Shown: positions 1 to 12,540 of the stretch, in pieces
Layout of the letters: each line of letters starts with the position of its first letter
Numbering within the stretch: position 1 is the first letter of the stretch
Origin: the human T2T-CHM13v2.0 reference genome, Homo sapiens
Assembly: GCF_009914755.1 (NCBI RefSeq)
Contig: NC_060935.1
DNA length: 64,000 bases
Strand: one strand, 5' to 3'
The notes under the pieces: generated by a model
What the model was told of the DNA's origin: nothing
Databases searched by the model: none
Seen by the model: only the letters and a program-made list of their open reading frames with translations
Program-made: the position numbers and the translations under genes

Positions 1-2421
1 AATTCTTAAAACATTTCAATGAGGTTAGAAAAATCTTTTATCTTTTTATATGGCTTATAATTGATGAAAAGTTAGAAACCTTTCTGTACATAAAGTAACA
101 ACTATATCAGTGGTTTACAATATGGGATAATCGAAGGAAAAGAATTACTGTCACAGACTCATTAACCCATTAAATGTCATGAACAGCACTTTTGAATTAG
201 AATTACTAGTGAGAAGAAGCACAATATGTTTTAGCTTTTATAACAGGTGCAGTTGCAGCAACAGGCCAGGCAGGCTCTGTAAGTATGTTGTTTCTCTTCT
301 TAGTAGAGTGTCTGCCTTAGAAATGAAAGCACTCCCTCTACAGTCTTAGTATCTAACGGGTAGATGTTATATAGAAATTGTAATGTAGAAAATTTCAGCA
401 TTGGGCTTCTTGCCCCTCCCCTTCATTTACCCTTTCCCTTCAGAATGTGTCAATCCATTTACAAGAAACATTTAAAAATAATTATTGGGCAGCTATTTGA
501 GATAGTAATTATGGTACCATTGTGGTTTGTATTTTAAAATAAACTTTATCCCTTTGACTTAAAAATTTTACTTTGGAGCTATCATGTTTAAGTAATGCAT
601 TTAATATATTTTAGATATTATAATATGTAGGTATAGGTATATAAATACTATATCCATAAGACTGTGCTTATTTTAAAAAGTCAGTTTATTTTTAAAAATC
701 AGCTAAGCTTTTATTTAACATCTGAGTGTTTTATATATTAAACAAGCTTTTAAAATTATTTAGTGACCTGAAAAGTTAGGTATTCATCCCCTCTAGATGA
801 CAACTACTATATTAGAGTAAAATATATTCCAGCAAAATTCTCTTCTGTTATACTAAAATAATATTCATAAGCTTTTTATGTCTTGTCTTCCAAGTATTAA
901 AGCAAATATAATCAAAGATAAAGTTTCAGCTAACCTAATAACTAACTATACAAAAATTAAGATCTTATCCCACTGTTGAATCTGATCAAAAATTAGATCT
1001 CCTGTGGAGAGGGTATATAGGAGAATTCTTCTCATCTTAAGGCATTGCTTGTGGAGAGAATTTACAGACAATGAGATTTTTGTTCAGATTTGGAAATTTG
1101 CTCTCTCTGTTCATCCTTGTCAAAGTGAAGAGATTTTTTTTTTTCTTGAAGAGATTGTCTATATATTGCAATATATCTACACTGCCTGGGTGTGCTTATA
1201 TTCCATGTCTTGGAGAATTGGATGATCAAGACAGGCTTTTTAGCAGGAGTAAGAAGATTTTTATTAAACTTGACTCATACCTGGCTCTTTAGGTGGAGCA
1301 CAGAGAGTAGAATACCCTGGTATGGTAGTAAGGTAACAGTCTCAGTGAAGAAAATAAACAGGCTGAAATGGACATTCTCTTTAGGATTAACACTTACATC
1401 TGTGAAATAGAAAATTTGAGGTTGTTTTACAATAGAGAAAGAAAACAATTGTAGTATTTTTCTCTTATGCCTGAAGAGAAACACTCAACATCACATTTAT
1501 CCCCAAATTGATTATATTATATTTAAATAATTTGCAAGCCCATGTTGAAAGTAACTGCTGCAATAAACTGGAATTATGAAGTGCTGAAATGATTTTCATT
1601 AATGTACTTTCTGATCTTCGGGGATGTCCCTAAAATCTTGTCAAAACTTTAAGCTGGAATGTGATACTACTTTGCTCTCTCAGAGTTCAATATTATAAGA
1701 CTTAATATTTGCAAGGTGCTTTGCAGTGAAAACAGCTATATTAACATTATAGTAACATTAACAGGATTAACATGTCTGGTAATCCTGCTTTCTAATTTTC
1801 CTAGTGGGCAAGCAAAATGGTAGCATGTTTGTTCTGGAGTTTCAGCTCTCTGCTAAGAATACTAGTCAATTAAGCCACATTGCGGAAACCTTAGTTTTAT
1901 CATCAAATTGGTAAATAGGTTAGTTTTGCCTTTCCTTTGGAGGTTGAAATGAGTGTGCCATCCCGGAATTTTCATCCATTATGTGAACCATTATGTCCAT
2001 TAAATTATGAAGTTGTGATGTATTTCTGTTTTGGTGACAGGAGCATAAGATTCTATCACAGTTTTAAAGAAGAAGATAACTAAGCATAGCTAAAAGTTTG
2101 TATGAAAAGAAGAACCTTCACCTGCTAGGTTGTCAGCATACTAAGCCAGATTCTTCTTTCCATGTTCTTTATCATGGTGACTGAACTATTTAAAAAGGAA
2201 AATAAAGCTTCAATAGCAAACTTCGGAGATGAGAAGTTTCAAGAAAATTAAATCGTTCAACTTTGTAGTATGCATTTTGAAACAGAAAGGGAAGCTTTAT
2301 GATAATTTTTGGAATGATGTATATCACAAAGTAGACAAGAAGTACCTCATTTTGCTACTAGATTGCTCTGTTAGTGTTATGAAAATTTTATGCAGAGAAT
2401 GGTATCATAACTCCACAATCA

Positions 2422-2709
<288 letters not shown>

Positions 2710-2808
2710 TCTGTCAGAATCTAAGCAATTCTTGACATTTAAAATAATTGTATAAGTTAAATAAGAGGAAGATTTTTTCTTTTATTTGATAACTATTCTG
2801 TTTCACAG

Positions 2809-2930
2809 GTATTCCTGCAACACATGGTAAACCCACCAGTTATTCAATAAGGGTAGATAATACAGTTCCACTTGTAACTCAGGCCCCAGCTGTGCAGCCA
2901 CTACAGATCCGACCAGGAGTTCTTTCTCAG
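2809..2930 (+). CDS. HIPK3: HIPK3 internal coding exon (GIPATHGKPTSYSIRVDNTVPLVTQAPAVQPLQIRPGVLSQ)
   Basis: tttcacag acceptor and CAG|gttggt donor; 122 nt, phase 1 to 0; translation recognised as HIPK3 C-terminal half. Confidence 0.95.
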
Positions 2931-3144
2931 GTTGGTAATAATTCATTCTTTGCCATATATCAGCTTGTGCTTTTGGGAAATAGTGAAAATGACCTGGATA
3001 GGGATTTAATCCATTTTGTAGGTTATGGACTTTAATGTTTATAATTGTTAGCTGTTACTTTTAGATAGTTTTGAGTTTAAGATATGGTAAAGTTCAATTA
3101 CTTATAACTTGTTATTTTCTATTGTTTTGCTTTGCTGCAAGCAG

Positions 3145-3269
3145 ACGTGGTCTGGTAGAACACAGCAGATGCTGGTGCCTGCCTGGCAACAGGTGACACC
3201 CCTGGCTCCTGCTACTACTACACTAACTTCTGAGAGTGTGGCTGGTTCACACAGGCTTGGAGACTGGGG
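3145..3269 (+). CDS. HIPK3: HIPK3 coding exon (TWSGRTQQMLVPAWQQVTPLAPATTTLTSESVAGSHRLGDWG)
   Basis: aagcag acceptor, GG|gtaagc donor; 125 nt; frame continuous with neighbouring exons. Confidence 0.95.
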
Positions 3270-3367
3270 GTAAGCTGAAAACAAAAGTACTTTGTGAATA
3301 GTTTGCAGACTAGATCTTGATTAAAGAAAGATCTTGATTAAAAACATTGTTCTGAACTTCTCCCTAG

Positions 3368-3529
3368 GAAGATGATTTCATGCAGCAATCATTATAACTC
3401 AGTGATGCCGCAGCCTCTTCTGACCAATCAGATAACTTTATCTGCCCCTCAGCCAGTTAGTGTGGGGATTGCACATGTTGTCTGGCCTCAGCCTGCCACT
3501 ACCAAGAAAAATAAACAGTGCCAGAACAG
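3368..3529 (+). CDS. HIPK3: HIPK3 coding exon (KMISCSNHYNSVMPQPLL...KKNKQCQNR)
   Basis: ccctag acceptor, AG|gttggt donor; 162 nt, phase 2-2. Confidence 0.95.
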
Positions 3530-3681
3530 GTTGGTATTGGTGCTTTAGCTTTCCTCTGCATTTTGAGAATCTTTTAAATGAATTTTGCATGTACTCTAAA
3601 GGGTCACTCTGTTGTATTCAAAATGACCTCTTTTATAGCTTTGTTACAAACACTAAGCCAGCTCCCTTCTCAATTTCTCAG

Positions 3682-3744
3682 AGGTATTTTGGTAAAACTA
3701 ATGGAATGGGAGCCAGGAAGAGAGGAAATAAATGCTTTCAGTTG
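3682..3744 (+). CDS. HIPK3: HIPK3 63-nt alternative cassette exon (GILVKLMEWEPGREEINAFSW)
   Basis: tttctcag acceptor, TG|gtaaga donor; 63 nt, symmetric phase 2-2, purine/GAA-rich; matches the recalled long-isoform insert (germ-cell HIPK3-T exon). Confidence 0.85.
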
Positions 3745-4037
3745 GTAAGATTGTCTTTATTGCCCTTTTGATTTATTATCTACCTGTAATGTAGCAATTG
3801 TGGACATTCAGATAGCACATTTACCAAAAAGCAACTATTTAAATGTATGTAAATGCAGTCTACATGGATATTTCTAGAGCTATTTTATATTTCACAAAAA
3901 CTCAAGATCTGTTAGTGTGTTATATTCATGAACTCGAACAAGTGAAGGTTCTCATTTTCTGGTTTAACAAGATACCTTAGACAATTGATTATACATATTT
4001 TGATTATAGAAATTATAAATTATTCCTTTGGTTGCAG

Positions 4038-4334
4038 GAGTAATTCATTACAGAATACCAATATCCCACATTCAGCATTTATTTCTCCAAAGATAATTAA
4101 TGGGAAAGATGTCGAGGAAGTAAGTTGTATAGAAACACAGGACAATCAGAACTCAGAAGGAGAGGCAAGAAATTGCTGTGAAACATCTATCAGACAGGAC
4201 TCTGATTCATCAGTTTCAGACAAACAGCGGCAAACCATCATTATTGCCGACTCCCCGAGTCCTGCAGTGAGTGTCATCACTATCAGCAGTGACACTGATG
4301 AGGAAGAGACTTCCCAGAGACATTCACTCAGAGA
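4038..4334 (+). CDS. HIPK3: HIPK3 coding exon containing the SUMO-interacting motif and acidic region (VSVITISSDTDEEE, 4267-4308)
   Basis: ttgcag acceptor, GA|gtaagt donor; 297 nt; ORF-track 3985..4338; motif shared across the HIPK family. Confidence 0.97.
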
Positions 4335-4662
4335 GTAAGTGCCAAACGCTGCATCCTCAAAGGATATAGATGGCATCCTTTGGTGTGCCGAAAAACAACT
4401 TTCTGTGACTTATTTCTTGTTTGTCAATGTACTCTGGAGTAAAACCTTTAAATTAGATAACCCAGTTCTAGACAGGGAACTTTCTAAATAACATTTAGCA
4501 CGATTATTATAGCATTTTCCCTGTATCTGTAAGCTTTAACTTTTTGTCCATGTAGGTCATTCTTAACAGTTTCATATCCTTAATTAAAGAATATAAATTT
4601 TGGCTATTTGGAGAGTATCTTCTTGTATTTGACTCATGTTTTTCCCTTTTCTCTTCCACTAG

Positions 4663-4803
4663 ATGTAAAGGTAGTCTAGATTGTGAAGCTTGCCAGAGCA
4701 CTTTGAATATTGATCGGATGTGTTCATTAAGTAGTCCTGATAGTACTCTGAGTACCAGCTCCTCAGGGCAGTCCAGCCCATCCCCCTGCAAGAGACCGAA
4801 TAG
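4663..4803 (+). CDS. HIPK3: HIPK3 coding exon (CKGSLDCEACQSTLNIDRMCSLSSPDS...PCKRPNS)
   Basis: polypyrimidine tract plus tag acceptor, AG|gtaaaa donor; 141 nt, phase 2-2. Confidence 0.95.
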
Positions 4804-4957
4804 GTAAAAGAATCTCAATAGTAGTGTGTAATAAATAGTAAGTCTACTAAAAAACCTACGATTTCTTTCTGTTGTTTAATAAGTACCTGCCAGTTTACCA
4901 CAGTGACTTCTATCTTGAACACAATTTTTGAACTAGATCAGTTTTTATAAACACAGG

Positions 4958-5265
4958 TTTGTTTGTTTGTTTGTTTGTTTTTGAGACAGGGTCTTGCTTT
5001 GTTGCCCAGGCTGGAATGCAGTGGCATGATCTCGGCTCACAGCAACCTCTGCCTCCCAGGCTCAAGCAATCCTCTTGCCTTAGCCTCTTGAGTAGCTGGG
5101 ACCACAGGTGCGCACAGCGATGCTCGGCTAATTTTTAAGTTTTTTTTGTAGAGATGGGATCTTGCCCTGTTGCACAGGCTGGTCTTGAACTCCTGGGCTC
5201 AACCAGTGCTCCCACCTTGGCCTCCCAAAGTGCTGGGATTACAGGCATGAGCCACCATACCTAAC
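4958..5265 (-). mobile_element. Alu (AluJ-like), (GTTT)n tail
   Basis: Reverse-complement Alu consensus. Confidence 0.9.
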
Positions 5266-5300
5266 TAAATAATCTTTTTTTGCTGAGGGGCGGGTGGGAG

Positions 5301-5580
5301 GAGATGAAGTGTGGCTCTGTCACCTAGGCTGGAGTGCAATGGTGTGATCTTGGCTCACCGCAGCCTCCGCCTCCCCGGGTTCAAGTGAGTCTCCTGCCTC
5401 AGCCTCCCATGTAGCTGGGACTACAGGAACCTGCCACCACACCTGGCTAATTTTTTGTATTTTTAGTAGAGATGGGGTTTCACCAGGACATGCTTGTCTT
5501 GAACTCCTTACCTCAGGTGATCTGCCTGCCTCAGCCTCCCAAAATGCTAGGATTACAGGCGTGAGCCACCACATCCAGCC
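5301..5580 (-). mobile_element. Alu (AluS-like)
   Basis: Antisense Alu flanked by aaataatct-T-run direct repeats. Confidence 0.88.
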
Positions 5581-5900
5581 AAATAATCTATTTTTGAAAG
5601 GATAAAAAAGCCACATTCTTAATTTCAGCCCCACAGACTACTATTGTAACTTAAATTTGGAATAAAAACATATACTTTAGCAAAATTAAAAAGGAATGTT
5701 TTGCATAATGAAGTACTCACTGGCCCACTGTCTACAGGACATCCACTATGATTTTTTTCTCCCATTGGTGACTGATTTGCATGGTTTTATCCATATTAAC
5801 CTGGCTTACCCATCCTTTGGCCAGCGACATGTACCACTGCTAAGATAGTAAGCTTGTCCTAAGCAGAATGATTTACTAACGCATTGAGAGATAAGCCACA

Positions 5901-6192
<292 letters not shown>

Positions 6193-7123
6193 GAAAGGAA
6201 GGAAGGAAGGAGGGGAAGGAAAGAAAGAAATAAAGTCTTATTTTAGTGGCAACAAACATTTGAAAAATTTTAAGTTTTAATTTTACACATCTTTTTCCTT
6301 AGGAAATATGATATTGCATTCTTATAGCCAAAGCTCTATGGAAAATATAAGGAAATTTTAATGTATCTTCTTAAAAGTTGCTTATAATATGGTTTGAAAA
6401 TTGATAATGTACATAACTATACATTCACATGTAAAATATATATAAACAAATATACGTATAAGATATATAAATAAAAATATGTATAAAAAGAGATGCTTCA
6501 AATTCGTAAGTAAGTATGGAATGAGTGGTTGAAACAGACAATAAATGCTGTAGAAATCCCAAGGAGAGAGAGATTGTCAGGGCCCAAGAGTGTCAGGAAG
6601 AGATGAGAAATATGGGGCTCTGTCTAGGCCTTCAGAGGTGTGGGGATACCTTTCAGATACCTGGTTAGGTACAAGGACCCAAATTACCAGCAGAGGCACA
6701 TATCCTGATGTTAGAATTTAATTTGAAATAGCCAAGTCACATACATATATGTTTGTATATTTCATTTAAATTATCCAGAGCAGTGCCTCTTTTGTCATGT
6801 CTTGATGAAATTATCTGGAATTTATAAAGAGGAATTTTATGAGCTGCTACTAAGGATCAAATGGGAAGGGAAAGAAGAAAAAAAAAATGCCAAAATGATG
6901 TTCCTGAAATGGAACAGAATTAGGTTTGGCAGTTGGAACAGAGAATTAATTTAAGGGTCTAGAAATTTTATGAAAAAGTGCTATTGGACAAGGAAAAAGG
7001 TGTAATTATATATAAAATAACTGAATAATGTTCTCATCAGTTCACTGGAGCCTGAATATTACTTAACATTAGATTTAATGTTGGAAAAAAATATCACTCA
7101 TAAAAAATGCTTTCTTTTTGTAG

Positions 7124-7359
7124 TATGTCAGATGAAGAGCAAGAAAGTAGTTGTGATACGGTGGATGGCTCTCCGACATCTGACTCTTCCGGGCATGACA
7201 GTCCATTTGCAGAGAGCACTTTTGTGGAGGACACTCATGAAAACACAGAATTGGTATCCTCTGCTGACACAGAAACCAAGCCAGCTGTCTGTTCTGTTGT
7301 GGTGCCACCAGTGGAACTAGAAAATGGCTTAAATGCCGATGAGCATATGGCAAACACAG
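7124..7359 (+). CDS. HIPK3: HIPK3 coding exon (MSDEEQESSCDTVDGSPTSDSSGHDSPF...EHMANT)
   Basis: tttttgtag acceptor, G|gtaagt donor; 236 nt; ORF-track 7107..7397. Confidence 0.96.
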
Positions 7360-7653
7360 GTAAGTTGAGTCCTCCCATTTCTCTGGTTGTCCTTTAAATA
7401 CGGTCTTAATTTAGGAAAATCTGAGAATGCAGTTGCCAAAGTCATCTCTGAATTTTGACTTGACCCTGCCTTATGTATTGTACAGAGGAAATCTTCTAGT
7501 ATTATCCAGTGCTTGGAAACCATGACCTCTCCTTTGATTTTATTTAATTTTAAGGCTCTCAAATCACTATTGTGTAAAATATCTAAAGACTTTGCTAATT
7601 TTTTATTTGAAAAGGAAAAAGCATAAACTCTTTAATATTTTATTCGTCGCCAG

Positions 7654-7781
7654 ATTCTATATGCCAGCCATTAATAAAAGGACGATCTGCCCCTGGAAGA
7701 TTAAACCAGCCTTCTGCAGTGGGTACTCGTCAGCAAAAATTGACATCAGCATTCCAGCAGCAGCATTTGAACTTCAGTCAG
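7654..7781 (+). CDS. HIPK3: HIPK3 penultimate coding exon (DSICQPLIKGRSAPGRLNQPSAVGTRQQKLTSAFQQQHLNFSQ)
   Basis: gccag acceptor, CAG|gtatgt donor; 128 nt, phase 1 to 0. Confidence 0.95.
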
Positions 7782-8607
7782 GTATGTTCATTTGTGGATA
7801 TGTAGGAGTCTGTGGGATTCAAATTTAGCAGTTGTTTTTCACGTGGAGGAGAAAGCTTCTGAAACTGTATGTAGTGTTAATGAATTTTTCCCTTCTCATT
7901 ATCCCAAGTGGCTAAAGAGTAACTGGCTTAATAATAGGATAATTAAGCAAATTATCCATAGAACTTGTAGCCTTTTTCAGAAAGATTAAGTCCTTAGGTT
8001 CTCTTACATAATATTAACAGAGTGTGTCTGTTATCTCAGAACATCATTAACCTTCCTGAATACTTTCCATCTTATTCAACACTATATTTGGCGGTTGTGT
8101 TTCAGTTGGGAAAAGAAAAGATCACAGATACTGGAGTTGGACGGGGATTCAAATCTTGGTTTTGCCATGTACTATATATATATATTACCTTGGCCAGGTC
8201 TTTTCAACAAATCTGATTTGGAGCACAGTTAATGGGAATCGTAATTATATCATGGGTTGTTTTAGAAGTAAATAACATTGTGTATGTAAATGTTAGCTTT
8301 ACATATAAGAAGTGCTCCACAAATGGTAGCTGTTAGTAGTGATGGGGATAGTAATAGGTAATACTAGCAGCAGTAATAGCAGTGTTTATATTATAATAAT
8401 ATGTAGTAATAAATACTAAAATGTTAATACTAATATATATGGAATTGATATTTTTCTCTCCTCTAGTTATTCTTAGTATAAGTTAGTTCTGAGAGATCCA
8501 CTATGAGTTATCAATCACAAAGGGTATATTGTAATTTCCCTTTCTTTCTTTCCTTTTATCTTTTAAGGTATGTTATTCAGTCATTTTTTTTTTTTCTTTG
8601 TGGATAG

Positions 8608-9084
8608 GTTCAGCACTTTGGATCTGGGCATCAAGAGTGGAATGGAAACTTTGGGCACAGAAGACAGCAAGCTTATATTCCTACTAGTGTTACCAGTAAT
8701 CCATTCACTCTTTCTCATGGAAGTCCCAATCACACAGCAGTGCATGCCCACCTGGCTGGAAATACACACCTCGGAGGACAGCCTACTCTACTTCCATACC
8801 CATCATCAGCCACCCTCAGTAGTGCTGCACCAGTGGCCCACCTGTTAGCCTCTCCGTGTACCTCAAGACCTATGTTACAGCATCCAACTTATAATATCTC
8901 CCATCCCAGTGGCATAGTTCACCAAGTCCCAGTGGGCTTAAATCCCCGTCTGTTACCATCCCCAACCATTCATCAGACTCAGTACAAACCAATCTTCCCA
9001 CCACATTCTTACATTGCAGCATCACCTGCATATACTGGATTTCCACTGAGTCCAACAAAACTCAGCCAGTATCCATATATGTGA
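8608..9084 (+). CDS. HIPK3: HIPK3 last coding exon (VQHFGSGHQEW...SPTKLSQYPYM*), Tyr/His-rich C-terminus
   Basis: T-tract plus tag acceptor; 477 nt in frame to TGA 9082-9084; HIPK-family C-terminus. Confidence 0.97.
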   Translation, partial: VQHFGSGHQEWNGNFGHRRQQAYIPTSVTSNPFTLSHGSPNHTAVHAHLAGNTHLGGQPTLLPYPSSATLSSAAPVAHLLASPCTSRPMLQHPTYNISHPSGIVHQVPVGLNPRLLPSPTIHQTQYKPIFPPHSYIAASPAYTGFPLSPTKLSQYPYM

Positions 9085-12000
9085 AAAACAGTATATTGGG
9101 GAAGCTCAATGATACAAACATTTGATTAAAAATAAAAACATGGTATTTAATATTAGCCATGGCACAAGAAAATTATTTTTGAATCATGTAGACTTGGGTG
9201 CAATTTAAACAACTTTGAGCTTTAAAAACTCACTTTTGATGTGTTTTGCACATTTGGTATAACTTGTCTTTGGTCATGTTATCTTCTTATGTAGTAACTC
9301 TAGACAGGTGACTTATGGGAGCAGAAGTCCAGTTTTGCTCCTGCTATTTTTTATAAATTGCCTTCTAACTAGTGCAAGACACGTCTACATTTGGGAAGCC
9401 ATTCTGTGTACAGACTTAGAGCAACAGATGCACATATGTCAGAATTACAGCATACAAGTGAATTGTATTATCCGTGTCTTAGTGTATAAATGTTGGGTCA
9501 CTTACCTAAGAAATTGAGCTATTGTTCTTTACATTTGCATGTGTCTTTTGCATGGGCAAAATGTTGCCTAGACTTTGCTCTTAAATGTTGTTCTAATAAT
9601 CTCAGCTGCATTGTAAACCGTTCCTACACATAGTGCCTTAAATATTTGAGGTTGTTAATGTTATTACCTATATATAAATGTTGAGGACTGCAGCACTTAA
9701 AATTCAGACCTACTATTTAGTTTCCTTTTGATAGCGTAATGTTCATTTTTGTTTTTGTGTGGTATGATTTCAGGTAGTAGCTGTTTTTTTCCTTATTAAG
9801 AGGGCAGCATGTTTGCTATAGCTGAATTCTGCTGTCTGATTTTTCAGAATGATCTAGCTTCAAGAAAAGCAAGCAGTTAGTAGTGCTTAAGAAAAATTGA
9901 TTCAGTATCTAATGGATAGTTGATAACTGTCACAGCACAGCATTTTATATACTGTTAAGTGAAACTGCAATACAATCTAAGTTTATTTTGAGAGTGTTTG
10001 CTGTATAATTGGACTTAATAAAATGTTTAGAGGTACAGTAGGCATGACTTTGGGTAGATAATAAGATGCAAAATGCTCATTGATTCATGATGTGGTTTTA
10101 TCTTAGCTTGGGCAAACCATGCAGTATTTAATAAATAGTAGCAGAACTTTTACTATTGAAGCTTGAAAAGATGTGAGTTCTTTGTGTGCAATTTTTGATT
10201 TATGCATGTGAGAGGGTTTTTTTTTTTTTTTAAGTATTTTTACATTGCAGTACTTGTTTTGCTTGTTGGTGATGTTTGCTTATTTAATACATTCCGTCAG
10301 GGACAGAAATTACATGCTTTTTTTTCTTTCTAGGAAGTGTGTTGAGTTCCCCCCTTCCCCGACATTTTTTTCTTTTTTGGGTGGTGGTGATGGTAGTGGT
10401 TATGTCTGTTTAAATGAAGTTGCTTTTACAGCACCAAAGACTTAATCATCCATTTCCTATATAAAGGTAGCTACTTTTTGCATAGACCTCAAGTATATTG
10501 TAGTGTAAAGGTGGAATTTAAGGAAAGGTATTAAATTGAGGCTGTGTTTTAGCTTACAGGCAAGTAATAAATTGTATCATTTATCTTGAATGTATCATAG
10601 ATAAGCTGCTATATAACGATTGCCACTTCAGATAGCTGTGAAATTAGGTGATTAACTAGTTGTTATTTAGCCTTCTAATTTCTGTATAAGTCTAATTACA
10701 TGAATAGAAATTGGGGTTTTGATTTTTTACTTTGCTTTTCTGTTTGGAGTGTCATTGTAACTACTGTATTGTAAATGGTGGAAAATAATTGCATTTGTTA
10801 CTTTGGGGTGTGTTATTTGCATCAGTATTTTATCTCTATTAATGTTTGTGCTCATCACTGCATATTAAAAAAACTTGGATGTATCAGTGTAACTTAATTT
10901 TTTATTTTCATACTGGCATTGTAGACACTTGAGAAAGCTGTATCTTGCAGGCTTGACTTAACTTTTTTCCTTAAAAATCTGGAATATAATCTTACAGCAT
11001 TTACTGGAATAAACAGTACAAAGCATTGGAGTGTAAAACTCTAGATGTTTTGGATTTACAGCGTTTCTTTGATAAATGAATTGTATACCACTAGTACAGC
11101 TCTAGTACAGCGTTCACAATAAGCTAATAATGGATAAGTTTTCTTCACTCCATTAACACAAGCAGTGTTTTATTTAATAATCATCAATGAAATAAATGTG
11201 CCTGAAATTGATTTTAAAAATTACAGTATTAGATCATAAAGTAAAAACCAGCAGTACATTTTTAGTCACACTGAAAATGAAGGACTTAATTTTCCCCACA
11301 AGTTTCAGTGTTTTTAGTAATTAATTCTATGCATTTTATACAAATAGAAATATATATATATAAAAAATTAAATGTTTAAAAAGGAGTAGCCTAAGATTAA
11401 TTTAAAAGATTATTTACAGATGACACATTTATGGGGTCACTATTTAAGTAAATTTGCTGCCCTCCACAGCCTTCTAATTTTATTTATATGTTCCAGCAGA
11501 TTATTAGGATCTGCTTACTTCTTAGGAAAGAATCAATGCTGGCAACACATTGTTTCAGAAACACCAAGTGCAAAGGATTGATTGTATCACAACAGGTACA
11601 AAACTGACAGAGTTTTCTTTTTGTTTAGGGCCATGTTTACTACCCTGAAATGTTGTATTTTTTGTCTTTAATTTCCAAGACTTAAAGCAGTCTTGTTAAA
11701 TTGACATAAATGGTAAACTTCAACATTTTCATAATACAGTATTAATGTTTGATAAAGGTATATCCCAGTTAACTACACTGCTCTTTAATTGCAATCATGG
11801 GCATTTTAATGTATTTTAAAATAAATTTCAAAATTCTGCTAAATTCTTAATTTAGCATATTGACAAAGTAATCTGGATTTATACCTTTTAAAAACCATTT
11901 TGACCAGTTTTCTTCGGTTTTAATGCTTTCTTAAATAAAACACTGCATGATTTCCAAGTTGCATATTTGCATACTATTTTAATTTGCAAAATGTTTTTTA

Positions 12001-12540
12001 AATCAAATATCCTGATATTTAGTTGTTTTTTTTTTCCTCCAGCGTGTTTAATTAAATATGTTACTGTATTAGCAAAACATTTTCATTTTTAAAATCTGCT
12101 AATTTTAAACTTGGACTGTGTTAAGTAAAAGTTAAATCATACACTGCAAGGTGTAGGAAGATTTGTTTTAATGAATCCAGTGATACAGATTTGATTACTA
12201 AGTTTGAACTGTTAATTGTTTAACAATTTTAGACTTGTGGCTTTCTTTCTTTGGTTTATTTGTTTTTGCTTTTACTCCTATGCTACACTAGTTTGCCATG
12301 TAGCAATTGCACTGTGCAATATTACAATAAGGACTGGGAAAATTTTATGGATGTAATGTCTATTACGGTTTGCGATAGTATTTCTCTCTAGTTCTCAGTG
12401 ATTTAAATGTGACCAAGCCTTCTGTACTTTGTCACAAAAAGCGGGTTTTCCAGGTGACTATTTTGGTGAGTGTCAAAATAAGAATTTATGGTGTATTACT
12501 GTCGATTCACTTTGAATTAAAATATATATATTGCAGCAAA
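9085..12540 (+). other. HIPK3: HIPK3 long AU-rich 3'UTR
   Basis: AT-rich stretch with no recognisable interspersed repeat after the stop, several poly(A) hexamers and miRNA seed matches; repeats resume after ~12600. Confidence 0.8.
12516..12521 (+). terminator. Likely distal polyadenylation signal ATTAAA (cleavage ~12540)
   Basis: ATTAAA followed ~20 nt later by CA and a GT/T-rich element (cttgttgactttttttc). Confidence 0.65.

Noticed and set aside
3312-3342. Short tandem duplications (agatcttgattaaa twice; also ctagtacagc twice near 11091 and catagtcaa three times near 15737)
   Set aside because: Ordinary slippage duplications with no spacer diversity; not CRISPR-like
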